A stretch of DNA of 62,179 nt, filler included, from Globobulimina sp. (GCA_003354225.1; 17 parts of 17 records of this genome joined end to end with filler, not necessarily neighbours in it); one strand, 5' to 3'. Positions 13,901 to 25,665 are shown, counted from the first letter of the whole stretch. A program made the numbers and translations. The notes: a model not told the origin generated them from the letters alone.

Positions 13901-14561
13901 GTACTTTTGTTTCACCCGAAGTACATGCTGTTTCCCGTGTGTTTTGCATAACGCCTTGAAATTATGATCAATGGCAGCAATTTTAGCCGCGTGAGCGGCA
14001 GAAGCTGTGCCTCCGGGATTTGTAGCACTGACAGTGTTGTGGGCGGGGATGGGGCCAATGTTGGGAGGAATGTTGGAAGAAATGTTGGGAGGGATGTCGG
14101 AGGGATTCTGGGTCACATGGATCCGATTCGCGATGTTGAATTGTATATCTTTGGACGTAGTATTGGAATAAACAGAGGTTGCAATATGATGGGAAGAGTC
14201 AGAGCCGTTCGAGATCGTAAACGAGGATTTGTGGTCGGAGGAGCATTGAGATGTGGATGTTGTGTGTGATGGATGATCAGAAACCGTCGAGTTTGGGCAG
14301 GAGAAGGAGGTGATATCAACACCAAAAAGGCCATTAATAAACGAAATGAAGTTACTCTGATCACATTCCAGGAAAGATCGGAGATTTGATGTACGAATAT
14401 GATTATTGACCAGGTTGATGAAGTAATTTGTTTTCGATTTCATCTGAAATGTGTGTGGCGAGGCAAAGCCATTAAAATTATATATGACAGGGAATGGACA
14501 GCAACATTGCATACACCAATGTTTATAAGAAGCCCATTTTGTTTTTGATGAATATAGTTCA
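10997..14561 (-). mobile_element. Penelope-like element: single ORF with reverse transcriptase and C-terminal GIY-YIG endonuclease; open at both contig ends
   Basis: PLE-type motifs NLTPEQEEAI..RPTDK, YKDHK, RAINS, SMDVVGMYPSI, GIGQG, RYRDD, IQILDV, KATDSHAYL..SCHP, ARGY. Cys-rich linker, then GIY-YIG CFSVNIIYIIFCCRCLDFYIG..RTLRDRNNEH. No stop across the contig. Confidence 0.93.
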
Positions 14562-14851
14562 NNNNNNNNNNNNNNNNNNNNNNNNNNNNNNNNNNNNNNN
14601 NNNNNTTAATTAATTAANNNNNNNNNNNNNNNNNNNNNNNNNNNNNNNNNNNNNNNNNNNNAAGTTAAGAAATATTACCATCGATTTCCAGCAATTGAGG
14701 TCATATTTGCACAATTTCAATGTGACATTGCAATGATAATCATTTTATATATATATGAATAAAGATTCATCTGTTTTTTTGTTGTGAATGTTGTCAGGGT
14801 TTTTAAAGTGCACTGACAAAAACTTTGAATTGTCAAAAACGCGGGGCAACC

Positions 14852-16545
14852 ATGTCTTATATCACGCGTTCAGGAAGACGTACCAAAAAAGTAAACTACT
14901 CTGATAATCAGCGGTATGTAACCATCCAAAATCAACAAATACCAAAACAACACAATTATATCAGTAGCACAACATCGACACGCTCAGCAACGGCAACGCC
15001 TAAACAATCAACTCCTATTCCAAAACAATCCGGTATTACATATCCATCATAATCATAATCATAATCATTTATAAAATATTTGCTATAAACAGACAAAGAG
15101 AATGATTCCGAAATAGAAATAATGGAAAATATTCAAGAACCACCACCAAAAAAACAAAAAATATCAAACGATCCATCTCCACAAAAACGTCGACGTAGAA
15201 GCCCTGTTCGGCGGAGAAAGAAACAGCAAATAACACAAAATGATGACATCAATGACAATGAATTGGATCTAATATCATATGATAATACAAATAATAATAC
15301 AAACAACAACAATACAAACAACAACAACGCATCAACACCATCCAACATACCGCCACCATTGCAGCCAATATTTGTAGTTCCACCGTTACCATCAATACGG
15401 CAATTAAATAAATTAAGTAAATCACCAACAAAAAAAAGACGAACTCGTGCACGAAAAAAGCAAATATCAACGCAAGAACTATCAGATTCAGACTCATCGT
15501 CCGATAGTTCAAGTGATTCAAGCGATGATTTAGAAATATTAAAACCGCGCAAAAAACGAAAATTGCCAACATTAAAAGCAACAAAAAAACGAAAATTGCC
15601 AACGAAAAAATCACCGAAAAAAAAAGCGAAAAAAAAGGTAACCGAAAAACGATTAGCTCGGAAAAGAACATGTACACAAAAAGTACGTGACAGGATATCC
15701 AGGTTTAGTAACTACGACATATCCTTTCCTCTGCACACAACACACACACTCACACCACAAAAATAACATATTATAGAGCGAGACAGCAACGGTTATTCAT
15801 GGTGAATGCCAAAGAAATTGGCGAATATGAACGGGAATATGCAGTGTTAGGGAGCACTGGAAACGTGTATACGATCACCATTGGCAGATTGAACACGTGT
15901 ACATGTCCCGATTATTGCAAAGGTAATCTATGCAAACATATTATGTTTGTGATGCTAAAAGTATTGCGGGTACGCAGTAGCTCAGAATATGTATATCAGA
16001 AAGCATTGTTAACCTCGGAATTGAGGGAGATATTTGCCACGGCGCCACGGACATTATTTGGCACAGTATTGGCGAGTGCCGACGTGCGGGATCTGTACAA
16101 AAAGAGCATTGGTGAGGATGAGGAGAGTGAGGACATTGTGGCTGAAGGCAAGGTGAATAGGAAAGAGTTAGTGGGCGAATGTCCTGTTTGTATGGAGGAT
16201 ATCGATGAGAATGAAGCTACGACGTATTGTCGAGCACAATGTGGCAATAATGTACATGTGCAATGTTTTAATGAATGGAGAAAAAATGCAGAAAGAAATG
16301 GGGAAGCTGTATCGTGTATGTTTTGTAGAGCGGAATGGATTTATGGTGCGGAGGATAAAAGTAAAGGGACAAAAAGAAAGAAGACATGCGGTGGAGGTGG
16401 TCGTTTGAATGAGGGATATTTGAATTTGGCAGATGAGCAGGGAATGAGTACTGAGAGGGATACGACTTCATATTATGCAAATGGATGGAATGGATATGGG
16501 TCATACGGGAGGTCACGAGGGAGATATGGGAGAAGATGGTATTGA
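14852..16545 (+). CDS. SWIM zinc-finger + RING protein (ZSWIM2/MEKK1-like module); 3 exons
   Basis: Introns 15033-15092 (phase 1) and 15703-15776 (phase 2) join three ORFs, giving RISRARQQRLFM. SWIM motif VLGSTGNVY..CTCPD..LCKHI; RING CPVC..CGNNVHVQC..CMFCRAEW; basic low-complexity N-terminus. Confidence 0.88.
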
Positions 16546-16725
16546 TTTTGTTTGGTGTTGTATTGTATACTAAATTGTTTATATTGTGGCGTGTACTGCA
16601 TTTTTAAATCTATTTACTTAAATTCTTATACTTGTTTATCGATATGTTGATGGGGAGATATTGCAAACGAAAAGGAATAAACTACTATAAATTTAATCAA
16701 AATGCAGATTTAAAACAACATATTA

Positions 16726-18225
16726 TCATTTGTTTACAATTTGAAGCCAATGTTGATTCACTGTTTGTTTCAACGATATGACATAGCCATTACCAAAATA
16801 TTCACGTTTTTTTGCCATAGATGACATTAACCACAATGCACTGATCCAACTATGTCTACCTTCTCTCCTCACAGCTTTTATTGTCATTTTCACCACGGAT
16901 TTCCCGGACTTTCCTAGCAATGACAACAATGCGGACAATGAAACCGGATACGATGAAAGTCCATGAATATCAGTAGTCTGCATAATAATTGTTTGAATGT
17001 TACTAAATAACTCAAATACTTCTGGACGAAACAAATTGGTGAATGTACTGACATCAATATTCAATTCTTGATCCTCGTACCTCTCCGCCAACGGATACAT
17101 CAACAAATTCCTCACTTTCTTATTAGCATATTTCAGCTGATCCAAATCTAAAACTATCTGTTGCTTATTTTGCGAAAAACACTCAAACGTCGAATGAATA
17201 TATGCATCAAACGTTTGCGTTGTCGCCTTTTCCAACCGCTTATTTATTAAATTCCTGATGATTGACACATTTTTCTTTTCATCCGCCATCTTCATCTCTT
17301 TCATTGCTGTGCCTCCACTGATCATCACATCCAAATAGTACATCAAATATATAAAATGCTTAAAATTGCGCTTGCTTTTTCGTATCCGAATCGACTCAAT
17401 TTTAATCCGATAGTACCCGCCAAAAAACAGCTGTTCATCTTCCTCTTTGTACCTTGAGATCCAGCAACAGTTAAAAGCGCGCAACGACTGATACTGCCAT
17501 GTATGCGGGTTATTGAGTTGGATCACAATGCCTTCGTCGCCGCTGAATTTCAGAGCAACTTCGAGTGTGCGGCTGGTCGACGTCGGTGAGCATAGTCGGA
17601 TATTAAATTCAGGGATGTTCATAACCGACGGCATGCCGCAGTAAAATGGCCCATATAACTGATTGACTCTGCGCGTGAACCATTGCTCATAGTCGCCATG
17701 TCTGCACTCCCCATATATCTCTACGGTTTCTCGCAGCGTTTTGCTCAACCACCAATACGTACTATTTCTCCGTTTGATACTGTGTAAGGTCTCGAAAGGG
17801 CCCTTTTTCCTGAAAGTTGAGGTGAAGTCGCTGCTTAAATTCGTAAAATCAGTGTATAATATTAATGCTATCAGATTGTGGAAAGCTAATTTGGTTCCAA
17901 ATGGAATGTTGTAATGCTTTGGAATGCCTCCATAGACACCAACAGCTTTGGTGGCTCGCACAATTTTGCTGCTTTGATACTGTTTTGCTTTGATGACAAT
18001 GTGTTGTTCATATTGTGTCATGTTAATATGTTTATAATTTGAGATTTCTTGTTTGAAGGATGCGTATTTTTGCTGTACATATAGGTCACAAATATCGTAA
18101 CCGGAGTGATCATTTTGGTTAAATGCGATCTGTTGATGAGCTGGTATTTGTGTTAGCGATTCATAATATTTCCAGTAATAAAATCTTAAGCCGATGCTAA
18201 ACGATGATGAAGATACTGATATTAT
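16726..18225 (-). CDS. ADP-ribosyltransferase-fold (R-S-E class-like) protein, 5'-partial
   Basis: The frame is open to the contig end (adds GLRFYYW..LYVQQKYASFKQE). Ordered motifs ILYTD, FYCGM, PTSTS..VALKF, GIVIQL, WISRYKEEDEQLF match the layout YT / YRG / STS..A..F / S..ExE.LF. Confidence 0.65.
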   Translation of the reverse strand: MISVSSSSFSIGLRFYYWKYYESLTQIPAHQQIAFNQNDHSGYDICDLYVQQKYASFKQEISNYKHINMTQYEQHIVIKAKQYQSSKIVRATKAVGVYGGIPKHYNIPFGTKLAFHNLIALILYTDFTNLSSDFTSTFRKKGPFETLHSIKRRNSTYWWLSKTLRETVEIYGECRHGDYEQWFTRRVNQLYGPFYCGMPSVMNIPEFNIRLCSPTSTSRTLEVALKFSGDEGIVIQLNNPHTWQYQSLRAFNCCWISRYKEEDEQLFFGGYYRIKIESIRIRKSKRNFKHFIYLMYYLDVMISGGTAMKEMKMADEKKNVSIIRNLINKRLEKATTQTFDAYIHSTFECFSQNKQQIVLDLDQLKYANKKVRNLLMYPLAERYEDQELNIDVSTFTNLFRPEVFELFSNIQTIIMQTTDIHGLSSYPVSLSALLSLLGKSGKSVVKMTIKAVRREGRHSWISALWLMSSMAKKREYFGNGYVISLKQTVNQHWLQIVNK

Positions 18226-18325
18226 NNNNNNNNNNNNNNNNNNNNNNNNNNNNNNNNNNNNNNNNNNNNTTAATTAATTAANNNNNNNNNNNNNNNNNNN
18301 NNNNNNNNNNNNNNNNNNNNNNNNN

Positions 18326-19043
18326 TACAATTTTAATTGCAGACAAACAAAATGTGCCAGACAAACAAGATCGGAATGAGCAGTTGCGAGCATCGTCAAA
18401 ATTTTCAATTGATTTTGCAGAGAAAAAAGCATATTCATCGTCGGAAGGAAGCCACCATTTATGGCTTGGACTGATTTTGCGCTCTCATATTATGGCTATG
18501 TTACGACATAAATGTTATAAACCAAAACATGATTTAGCAAAAGTGGCAAGATTAACAAATTTACAATTGGAGAAATTGGCTTTTTTTCATCAGGACAGAC
18601 AGTTGGAATCATTAAATATTGCGGAAAGTATCGATGATATATTATATCCAAACGAACAAGAAGAAGAAAGTGGCGATTATTTGGATTTTACACCGTATAT
18701 GAACTTAAGTCCTTTCATAGTGAGGGATAATACGCCCGTTGTCAGTGCGTATATATTGTTTAGAACTTTAGGATTGCGACATTTGATGGTTGTCAATAAA
18801 TTGAATGAAATTGTTGGCATAATCACGGCAAAAGAACTCAACGAACATAGCTTGCAGCATTTAGTCAAGGATCTGGTTTATGAGAATTCCAATACCATCC
18901 AACAAAAAACACAATTCGCAGCTCAACGGATGGCATTGTTAAGAGGGAATGATGAATATCATGTATTTTATAATGACGATTTTCAATCAGAATTGCAACA
19001 AAGCAATGCTTTTACTCAAAATAAAAATAATCATAATGATTGA
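18326..19043 (+). CDS. 3' fragment of a CLC chloride channel/exchanger (CBS pair, CLC-6/7-like)
   Basis: LGLILRSHIMAML and LDFTPYMNLSPF..AYILFRTLGLRHLMVV..IVGIITAKEL. Confidence 0.85.
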
Positions 19044-19207
19044 ATTTGTTAATATTACAATTTGTGTACAGTATAACTAGTGTGGCATTAGCCCGTTTTT
19101 TGTGCACAATAATCAGCAAAAATCATGGAAAGTTTAATTTACATTGCATGCGTTTAATGACAAACACAAGTTGATAAATATATGGTGCATTGATGAAATG
19201 AAGAGGA

Positions 19208-19690
19208 TCAATGTAAACCAATTTGATACAAATACAAATTCAAACTCCAGATATTTTCTGTTTGAATAATGTTCCAATTTGGTATTGGATATCCAAGAGT
19301 TACAATCCGTGTTCCTTTTGTTAAATATTTATGCAATGATGGCGTTATACATTCAATACCTTCCGCAGTTAAAGAAGTATAAACATGTGTTGCATCACAA
19401 AAATTAGTTTCCAAAATGTCCTGTTCCAACAATTCAAACCTTGATGCATCATCTTTTGATAATTTATACATCCGACAATATTTTTTAAAGTCTTTACGAA
19501 TAATATTACACAGTCTATTATCGTTTTCAACACATCGAACAAGTGTTTTTGATGATTGCCTCAAAACCTGAAATGAAAAACGACCATCGCCACCGCCTAA
19601 ATCATAGAATATCTTTGAGTTCTCAATCTGTAACAACTTCAACGAAGCATTAATACAAATTGCTGGTGTTGGGACAAAAGGTGCCAACAT
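19208..19690 (-). CDS. Class I SAM-dependent methyltransferase (FAM173/DOT1-like small MTase)
   Basis: LAPFVPTP, FYDLGGGDGR (motif I), VEND, EQDIL..ATHVY, GTRIVTLGYPIPNW. Confidence 0.8.
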   Translation of the reverse strand: MLAPFVPTPAICINASLKLLQIENSKIFYDLGGGDGRFSFQVLRQSSKTLVRCVENDNRLCNIIRKDFKKYCRMYKLSKDDASRFELLEQDILETNFCDATHVYTSLTAEGIECITPSLHKYLTKGTRIVTLGYPIPNWNIIQTENIWSLNLYLYQIGLH

Positions 19691-19774
19691 GCTATTTGAA
19701 TTTTTAAAAAGCTAATTAAGTGAGTAACAGTTTTTTTTTATTACCATGTCACCATCAATTGTATTAAATTGACA

Positions 19775-21097
19775 ATGCTAAGCAAAACGGCAGACCACAA
19801 ATGCTGGACATTGAGTATTGGCAGCAATCAATATGGACAACAAATGAATAGAGAGTCACCAGAAACCAATGTGATGAAATTATCAACGATTTCATGTTTA
19901 CACAGAGAGAAAATAGATATTCAAAATATTGTGACCGGATCAGGAGGAAGCTGTTATATATTATGTAAGGATGGAAATTTATTGGTTGCTGGATCAAATA
20001 AATACGATGAGTTAGGCATTACAAATCAGTTAATATTAGAATACATTTTATTTGATTGGTATAAATTAAAAATGATCCCTCATGATGTGGCACTATTAAT
20101 TATTAAATTTACTCCAAGCAATAAAATATTATACTTATCCACACCAATTTTAATGAATAAATCATTGCTATTCGAACATAAAATTAAATACATTTCAAAT
20201 GGTATTTCGTCGCATCATAAATTTATAATAAATGAACAAGACGATCTGTATGCGATTGGTTGTAATGATTATAATCAACTCGGATTAGACGATGACGATA
20301 TAAGTGAAGAGGAGGATTATTCGTTATTATCTTTTCTTAAAATTCATTATTTTTGCAATAAGAATATACAAATTACAAAAATTGAATGTGCCAATTCATA
20401 CTCCATATTTCTTTCAGAAACAGGTGATTTATTTTGTTGTGGTTACAGTCGTTGTCATAGCTTTTGTGCTGCGTCAATTCGTCCAATATTTCTACATAAA
20501 ATAAAAGACATTTCGTGTGGATATGATCATACTCTTTGCCTCGACCACCAACATAAACTTTTATCATTTGGTAAAAATAATTTTGGTCAATGTGGTCATA
20601 AAAACAAAGCTTACGACAGATCATATTCTTGCATTGATAGCAAACAGGAAACTTCAATATTTAAAGCAACACTGATTGCATATTTTGAATATTTTAATAT
20701 TAATATTCAAAGTATGTGTTGCGGTAATTTGCATTCGCTTTGTTTGGATGTGAATGGTAATTTGTACTCATTTGGTTGCAATATAATGGGGCAAATTGGC
20801 ATTGGTATTGATGTAGAAAAGTGTTACGAACCGCAACTTATTAAATCATTAAAAAATGAGAAAATAATAAATATGCAATGTGGATATAATCATAATATGG
20901 CAGAAACAGATAAAAATGTATTTTATTTATGGGGTGATAACCAATATAATCAATGTTTAGTTTATAATGATTTTGATTATGTTGCAATACCAACACAGTA
21001 TGTCGTAAAACAAGATTTTGAAAACGATAATAATATGCACAAAATTGCAATATATGCTGGATATGCGGAAACAAGAGTGCTTGTCAAATATAAATAA
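19775..21097 (+). CDS. RCC1-repeat beta-propeller protein
   Basis: Repeats GSNQYGQ, GCNDYNQLG, ISCGYDHTL..FGKNNFGQCG, CGNLHSL..FGCNIMGQIG, CGYNH..WGDNQYNQC. First ATG at 19775. Confidence 0.9.
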   Translation: MLSKTADHKCWTLSIGSNQYGQQMNRESPETNVMKLSTISCLHREKIDIQNIVTGSGGSCYILCKDGNLLVAGSNKYDELGITNQLILEYILFDWYKLKMIPHDVALLIIKFTPSNKILYLSTPILMNKSLLFEHKIKYISNGISSHHKFIINEQDDLYAIGCNDYNQLGLDDDDISEEEDYSLLSFLKIHYFCNKNIQITKIECANSYSIFLSETGDLFCCGYSRCHSFCAASIRPIFLHKIKDISCGYDHTLCLDHQHKLLSFGKNNFGQCGHKNKAYDRSYSCIDSKQETSIFKATLIAYFEYFNINIQSMCCGNLHSLCLDVNGNLYSFGCNIMGQIGIGIDVEKCYEPQLIKSLKNEKIINMQCGYNHNMAETDKNVFYLWGDNQYNQCLVYNDFDYVAIPTQYVVKQDFENDNNMHKIAIYAGYAETRVLVKYK

Positions 21098-21298
21098 TTA
21101 ATAGCAAAAATACATCAACATTCTGCTTTGTCAGAGATGATTGTTTTTAACTTCCGGAACATTGCTTGTCTCCTCATGCAGAGAAATGGTATCTTATTAA
21201 AATCCGACAACTGCGACTAGCTCTTTGTAGTTTCAAATGTCAAATCTTTTTTTGAAGTGATCATCTCATATAACTGTTAAAAATAACAGATAATTAAT

Positions 21299-21889
21299 TT
21301 ATACATTAATATATATTCTGCTCTGGATTTTGATTTCTACGATGTCATTTAATTTATGAATGATTGGTCTCAACAATTTCCATTTTATAACGTTTCTAAT
21401 AACATTGAGAAATTTATCTTCCACATCATTTTTGCATATAATTCTAATTTCATTCAGTGTATGCAAGTAAGGATCATCATAATCATCCAACAAATATTTT
21501 ATTAAATATGGTATTTGTGTCTCACAAAAGCCCACCAAATTAATCAACACATTTTTATCTGAAAATCGCAATAAATAAAAGTCTCTGTTGTTCCATTTTC
21601 TTATTTTATCTCTAATAGCATGGCATGATGGATCACAATCTTTGTAAAGCATAATGGTTGCCTGTAAATCCAATGTCATAATAAATGGCGGAATGTCATG
21701 CTCACTTTCCATCAGCAAATTAAATGTGTCGTTTAAAACAGCTTGGATCCTTGCACTGAATCCATTCATTCCAATCACATCGATGATTGCGGATAATTGA
21801 ACTCCGAATGCATCAATGCTTGGAAACACTTTACATTTCATACTTTCATTAAACAAAGGAAATACTGTGTCATATATATTATGCTGCAT
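21299..21889 (-). CDS. Hypothetical protein, 5'-partial
   Basis: 196-aa open frame running from the contig edge with protein-like composition; no recognised motif. Confidence 0.45.
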   Translation of the reverse strand: MQHNIYDTVFPLFNESMKCKVFPSIDAFGVQLSAIIDVIGMNGFSARIQAVLNDTFNLLMESEHDIPPFIMTLDLQATIMLYKDCDPSCHAIRDKIRKWNNRDFYLLRFSDKNVLINLVGFCETQIPYLIKYLLDDYDDPYLHTLNEIRIICKNDVEDKFLNVIRNVIKWKLLRPIIHKLNDIVEIKIQSRIYINV

Positions 21890-22062
21890 NNNNNNNNNNN
21901 NNNNNNNNNNNNNNNNNNNNNNNNNNNNNNNNNTTAATTAATTAANNNNNNNNNNNNNNNNNNNNNNNNNNNNNNNNNNNNNNNNNNNNGTCATTTGATA
22001 AAATTTATAGCATTTTTACCGGGCTTACCCGACATTTATTGATTTCCGAATTTATATTTAAA

Positions 22063-24018
22063 ATGGACATAACCCAAATGCAAAACGAAAATTTCCTCTC
22101 AACTTTTTATTATCGTTTTATGGGTTATTTCAGTTCAACTTGGTTTCAATTATTATTCCATATCAATATCTATGCGCCAACATTGCCGTTATTCTTAGAC
22201 AATTTGCAAAATGATAAAGCCACAGTTAAAACCATTCAAAAATGCGCCAAGCTCTCCAACATTATCTATGGTCCACAGAATTTTACTATGAAACTTATCC
22301 GCCACTTAAGATGGGCCATTTTGCCCGACACTATGAGCCATGCACTCAAACAACATTCATATTCCAAATATAATCGGTTCGTCCATCAACAACTGAAACA
22401 AAATGCATTTTCTTTGCAGATTCTACACATTTCAGACAGTCATAATGTACATTCAAACTCAGACACTGCAGCAGGTCCTGCCGCAGCCAGCAGTGTCTTA
22501 TCATACATGATTGCAATCGACACAAATAATGCACTATATGTAATATTTCGGGGATCAGAATTAATCACAGATTTTTATCATGATATGTTTTTCAGCGATG
22601 TACAATCCACATATTCCAATATCAATGTGCATGCTGGATATTATTGTGCCTTATTTGGCAGTGGTTCATCCAATATATTATCCATAGAACAAGAAATCAA
22701 CAAAATATTGATGGAAAAGGCAAGCATTTCAAGGATTTATTTTACTGGACATAGTATGGGCGGTGCTTTGGCCTGTTTGTGTGGCATAGAATTGTTAGCG
22801 AGAGGACAATTATTAAGGACGCCATGGTATGATGAAAATAAGTCAATTTATCGTCAATCTGCCTCATCAGCGACATCATCAAGCTCCGATGTGCGATTAT
22901 TTAAAGAATATATGAAATTAAGCAACAATGAGTCGGCATTTTATGATAGGAAAGAATTGAATAAAATTGATATTGAATTCATCACCTTTGGACATCCGTG
23001 TTTTATATCATCGTTAACTGAGAATAAAACATTGCAAAAATTGCAAGCTTCGCATGATGTTTACAATAAATCATATTTTCATAACCATGCAATCCATGTT
23101 TTGCATCAATATGATCCAATTCCAATTTTATCGTTTGGTACTTTTGGAGTTTTGCAGCGACATTTTTTGACCTGGTTCACCAAAGGACATTTAAACCGAT
23201 ACTTCCAACCTACGGTGATCACCTTAGGATCGGTGATAACTGAACGCAGTTTGGGATTAGAAACGAAATTGTCTCATTTTATGGGCTTTGGGCATGGCGG
23301 TGTGAATAATGTATATTTTGGTCGCTTTTTGATGTGCATTGCTATACATCAGGTGATAAAAAATAAGTTATTGGAACAAATGACAAAATCTATATATAAT
23401 CATTTGAATTATTCGTCATTTAATGAATTGGATAAAATTAATCGTTCATTGTATAAAACGGTCGGATTTAAATATTTAAATTTGACCATAAATTCGCTAT
23501 TATATCCAACCATCTTTTATTTAATGGATCAACGTTTCTTAGATTATGGGATTTGGAGATCGTTAGCATTGCGTGTGATTGCAACACGATTTACAATCTC
23601 AATGATTACAACTATTTGGAATAATATTACATTGATTGTACGTGATTTGTATGACGAAGCAACATATTTTCCGATCCCAAATAAAACTGGAAAATATATG
23701 ATGTTAATCCCGCAAGATGATGTGTTGTATGGTACGCATTTAAATAGAATACAAGACACGACGGCATATTGTTACTTTAAAAGCATGCAAAAAGCAGTCC
23801 AGCCATACACCTGGACCAGGATACATACGATGGAATATTATTGTAAGTGTATTGACAGGATAGCAACTCTGGATGATGATTATACACAATCAATGAACAA
23901 GAATCGCAAACTAAGCCGGGAAAGTGATCGAGTGAGATCAAGAAAAAGTAGTATTCAAATGCAACAACAAATAATTGCGGAAGTTTCAATGTTTTCTAAT
24001 CATGTTTCAGAAGATTAA
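22063..24018 (+). CDS. Class-3 lipase with large insertions
   Basis: VIFRGS, VHAGY, FTGHSMGGALA (GxSxG), ITFGHP, HQYDPIP, and a distal HTMEYY carrying the candidate catalytic His. Confidence 0.85.
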   Translation: MDITQMQNENFLSTFYYRFMGYFSSTWFQLLFHINIYAPTLPLFLDNLQNDKATVKTIQKCAKLSNIIYGPQNFTMKLIRHLRWAILPDTMSHALKQHSYSKYNRFVHQQLKQNAFSLQILHISDSHNVHSNSDTAAGPAAASSVLSYMIAIDTNNALYVIFRGSELITDFYHDMFFSDVQSTYSNINVHAGYYCALFGSGSSNILSIEQEINKILMEKASISRIYFTGHSMGGALACLCGIELLARGQLLRTPWYDENKSIYRQSASSATSSSSDVRLFKEYMKLSNNESAFYDRKELNKIDIEFITFGHPCFISSLTENKTLQKLQASHDVYNKSYFHNHAIHVLHQYDPIPILSFGTFGVLQRHFLTWFTKGHLNRYFQPTVITLGSVITERSLGLETKLSHFMGFGHGGVNNVYFGRFLMCIAIHQVIKNKLLEQMTKSIYNHLNYSSFNELDKINRSLYKTVGFKYLNLTINSLLYPTIFYLMDQRFLDYGIWRSLALRVIATRFTISMITTIWNNITLIVRDLYDEATYFPIPNKTGKYMMLIPQDDVLYGTHLNRIQDTTAYCYFKSMQKAVQPYTWTRIHTMEYYCKCIDRIATLDDDYTQSMNKNRKLSRESDRVRSRKSSIQMQQQIIAEVSMFSNHVSED

Positions 24019-24074
24019 CCATCATGTGACTGACAATGTTTTCTGACAGCATCTAAGTGTCAGATACACTCATA

Positions 24075-25553
24075 ATGTCTTCGTTTACAACTTTTAAGTG
24101 GGAGATCTTAGATAAGAAATACTTATCATTTGTCAATGCCAAACATCAGCAAGAATTCTCATCATCCATATTCGAAGTAGATAATATTAAATTTTATTTG
24201 AAATGTTACCCAAATGGACGTAAAAAACCAGGATTAGTAAATATATATTTAACATTATCCGAACAACATTTCCCTTCAAACATTGCAAAATTAAAAATAA
24301 ATTATTGGATATTTTGCGCCCGAACCTATTCACAAATGTCAGATATTCGCGACTTCTCTCCCGATGATAACAATTTCTTTCATGGCTGGTCCACCAATAC
24401 ATTAAATTTGAAAGAATTGGAAAATAATTCGGTTCATAATATTGATTTTACGGTTGGTGTGAATATATTAAAAATATATTTTAAAAATGAAGTCGCCAAA
24501 GGAAGCAGTGATGTTAATAACAAACAACCGTTAATCTATGAAAAACCATTTAAAATGTTACCCAGAAATAGATTCACTTGGAATATCAACGAATTTATGT
24601 TCAAATCGTTTCTATCCGCGCCCAATAAGAAATGTTGGGAATCCGCGCAATTCGATCAATGGGTTTTAGGCTGTTACCCCAATGGACATACAAAAGCAGA
24701 CCGAGGCAATGCAATGTTGTATTTAAAATGCTTAGGTCTACCCCCTGGGATATATGGCGTAAAAATACGTTATACATTGTTCTGTCCACAAATAAACTTA
24801 AAATGGTCATATATCCAAAATTATAATTATGCCAACACAAACTATGCAAATGCTACTTTTAAAACCATTTCCTTACAGTCCTTGAAATCGTTATCATTCA
24901 TTATTACTGTCAGTATTTTAAAATTATATGATTTGAATAGAAAGGAAGTTTCGTATCAAGATATTCATAAATATCTAATCAAACAAAATGTGAATGACGA
25001 GACAGATGAAAAGGAAATGGATATGGAATTGACGGAAGCTGAGGGCCGATCCGTATTAATCCCGATACCAAACTTCAACATTGTGGGCACTATACAAGGT
25101 ATAAAAGATAAGTTAATTAACATTGGTGGCGGTGCTGCCGCTGTGGCGGTCAGTGATGGCAATGACGAGATATCCATCGTACAACAACAAGTTGATATTT
25201 ATTCGAAAGAGTTACAGGCATTGAATCGGGAAATATATTCCATACGGAAACAATGTAATGATTTGCAGGAGAAACAAGTTAAAAATAACACGTCATTTCA
25301 GACAGTTTTGAAGCAAGTAAAAATAATAAAAGATGATATAAATTCGATTAAGGACGGTGGTGTACATGCGGATAATGATGAATTTGTGGATAAGTTTAAA
25401 AATCAAGTTTTAAATTTAGAAAATGAAGTGGTTGATTTAAGAAATAAGTTATTAGAGAAAGATGGAGATTTGAGACAGGAAGTTGTGTCATTGAGGAATG
25501 AATATAATTTGTTGAATGTTAATAATAATAAGTTGATGGAGGAGATGATAAAT
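24075..25553 (+). CDS. Tandem MATH/TRAF-domain protein with coiled coil, 3'-truncated
   Basis: Two repeats (FKWEI..FYLKCYPNG..VNIYL and FTWNI..WVLGCYPNG..AMLYL) followed by a heptad-rich tail. Confidence 0.85.
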
Positions 25554-25665
25554 NNNNNNNNNNNNNNNNNNNNNNNNNNNNNNNNNNNNNNNNNNNNTTA
25601 ATTAATTAANNNNNNNNNNNNNNNNNNNNNNNNNNNNNNNNNNNNNNNNNNNNTTTACACTAATC

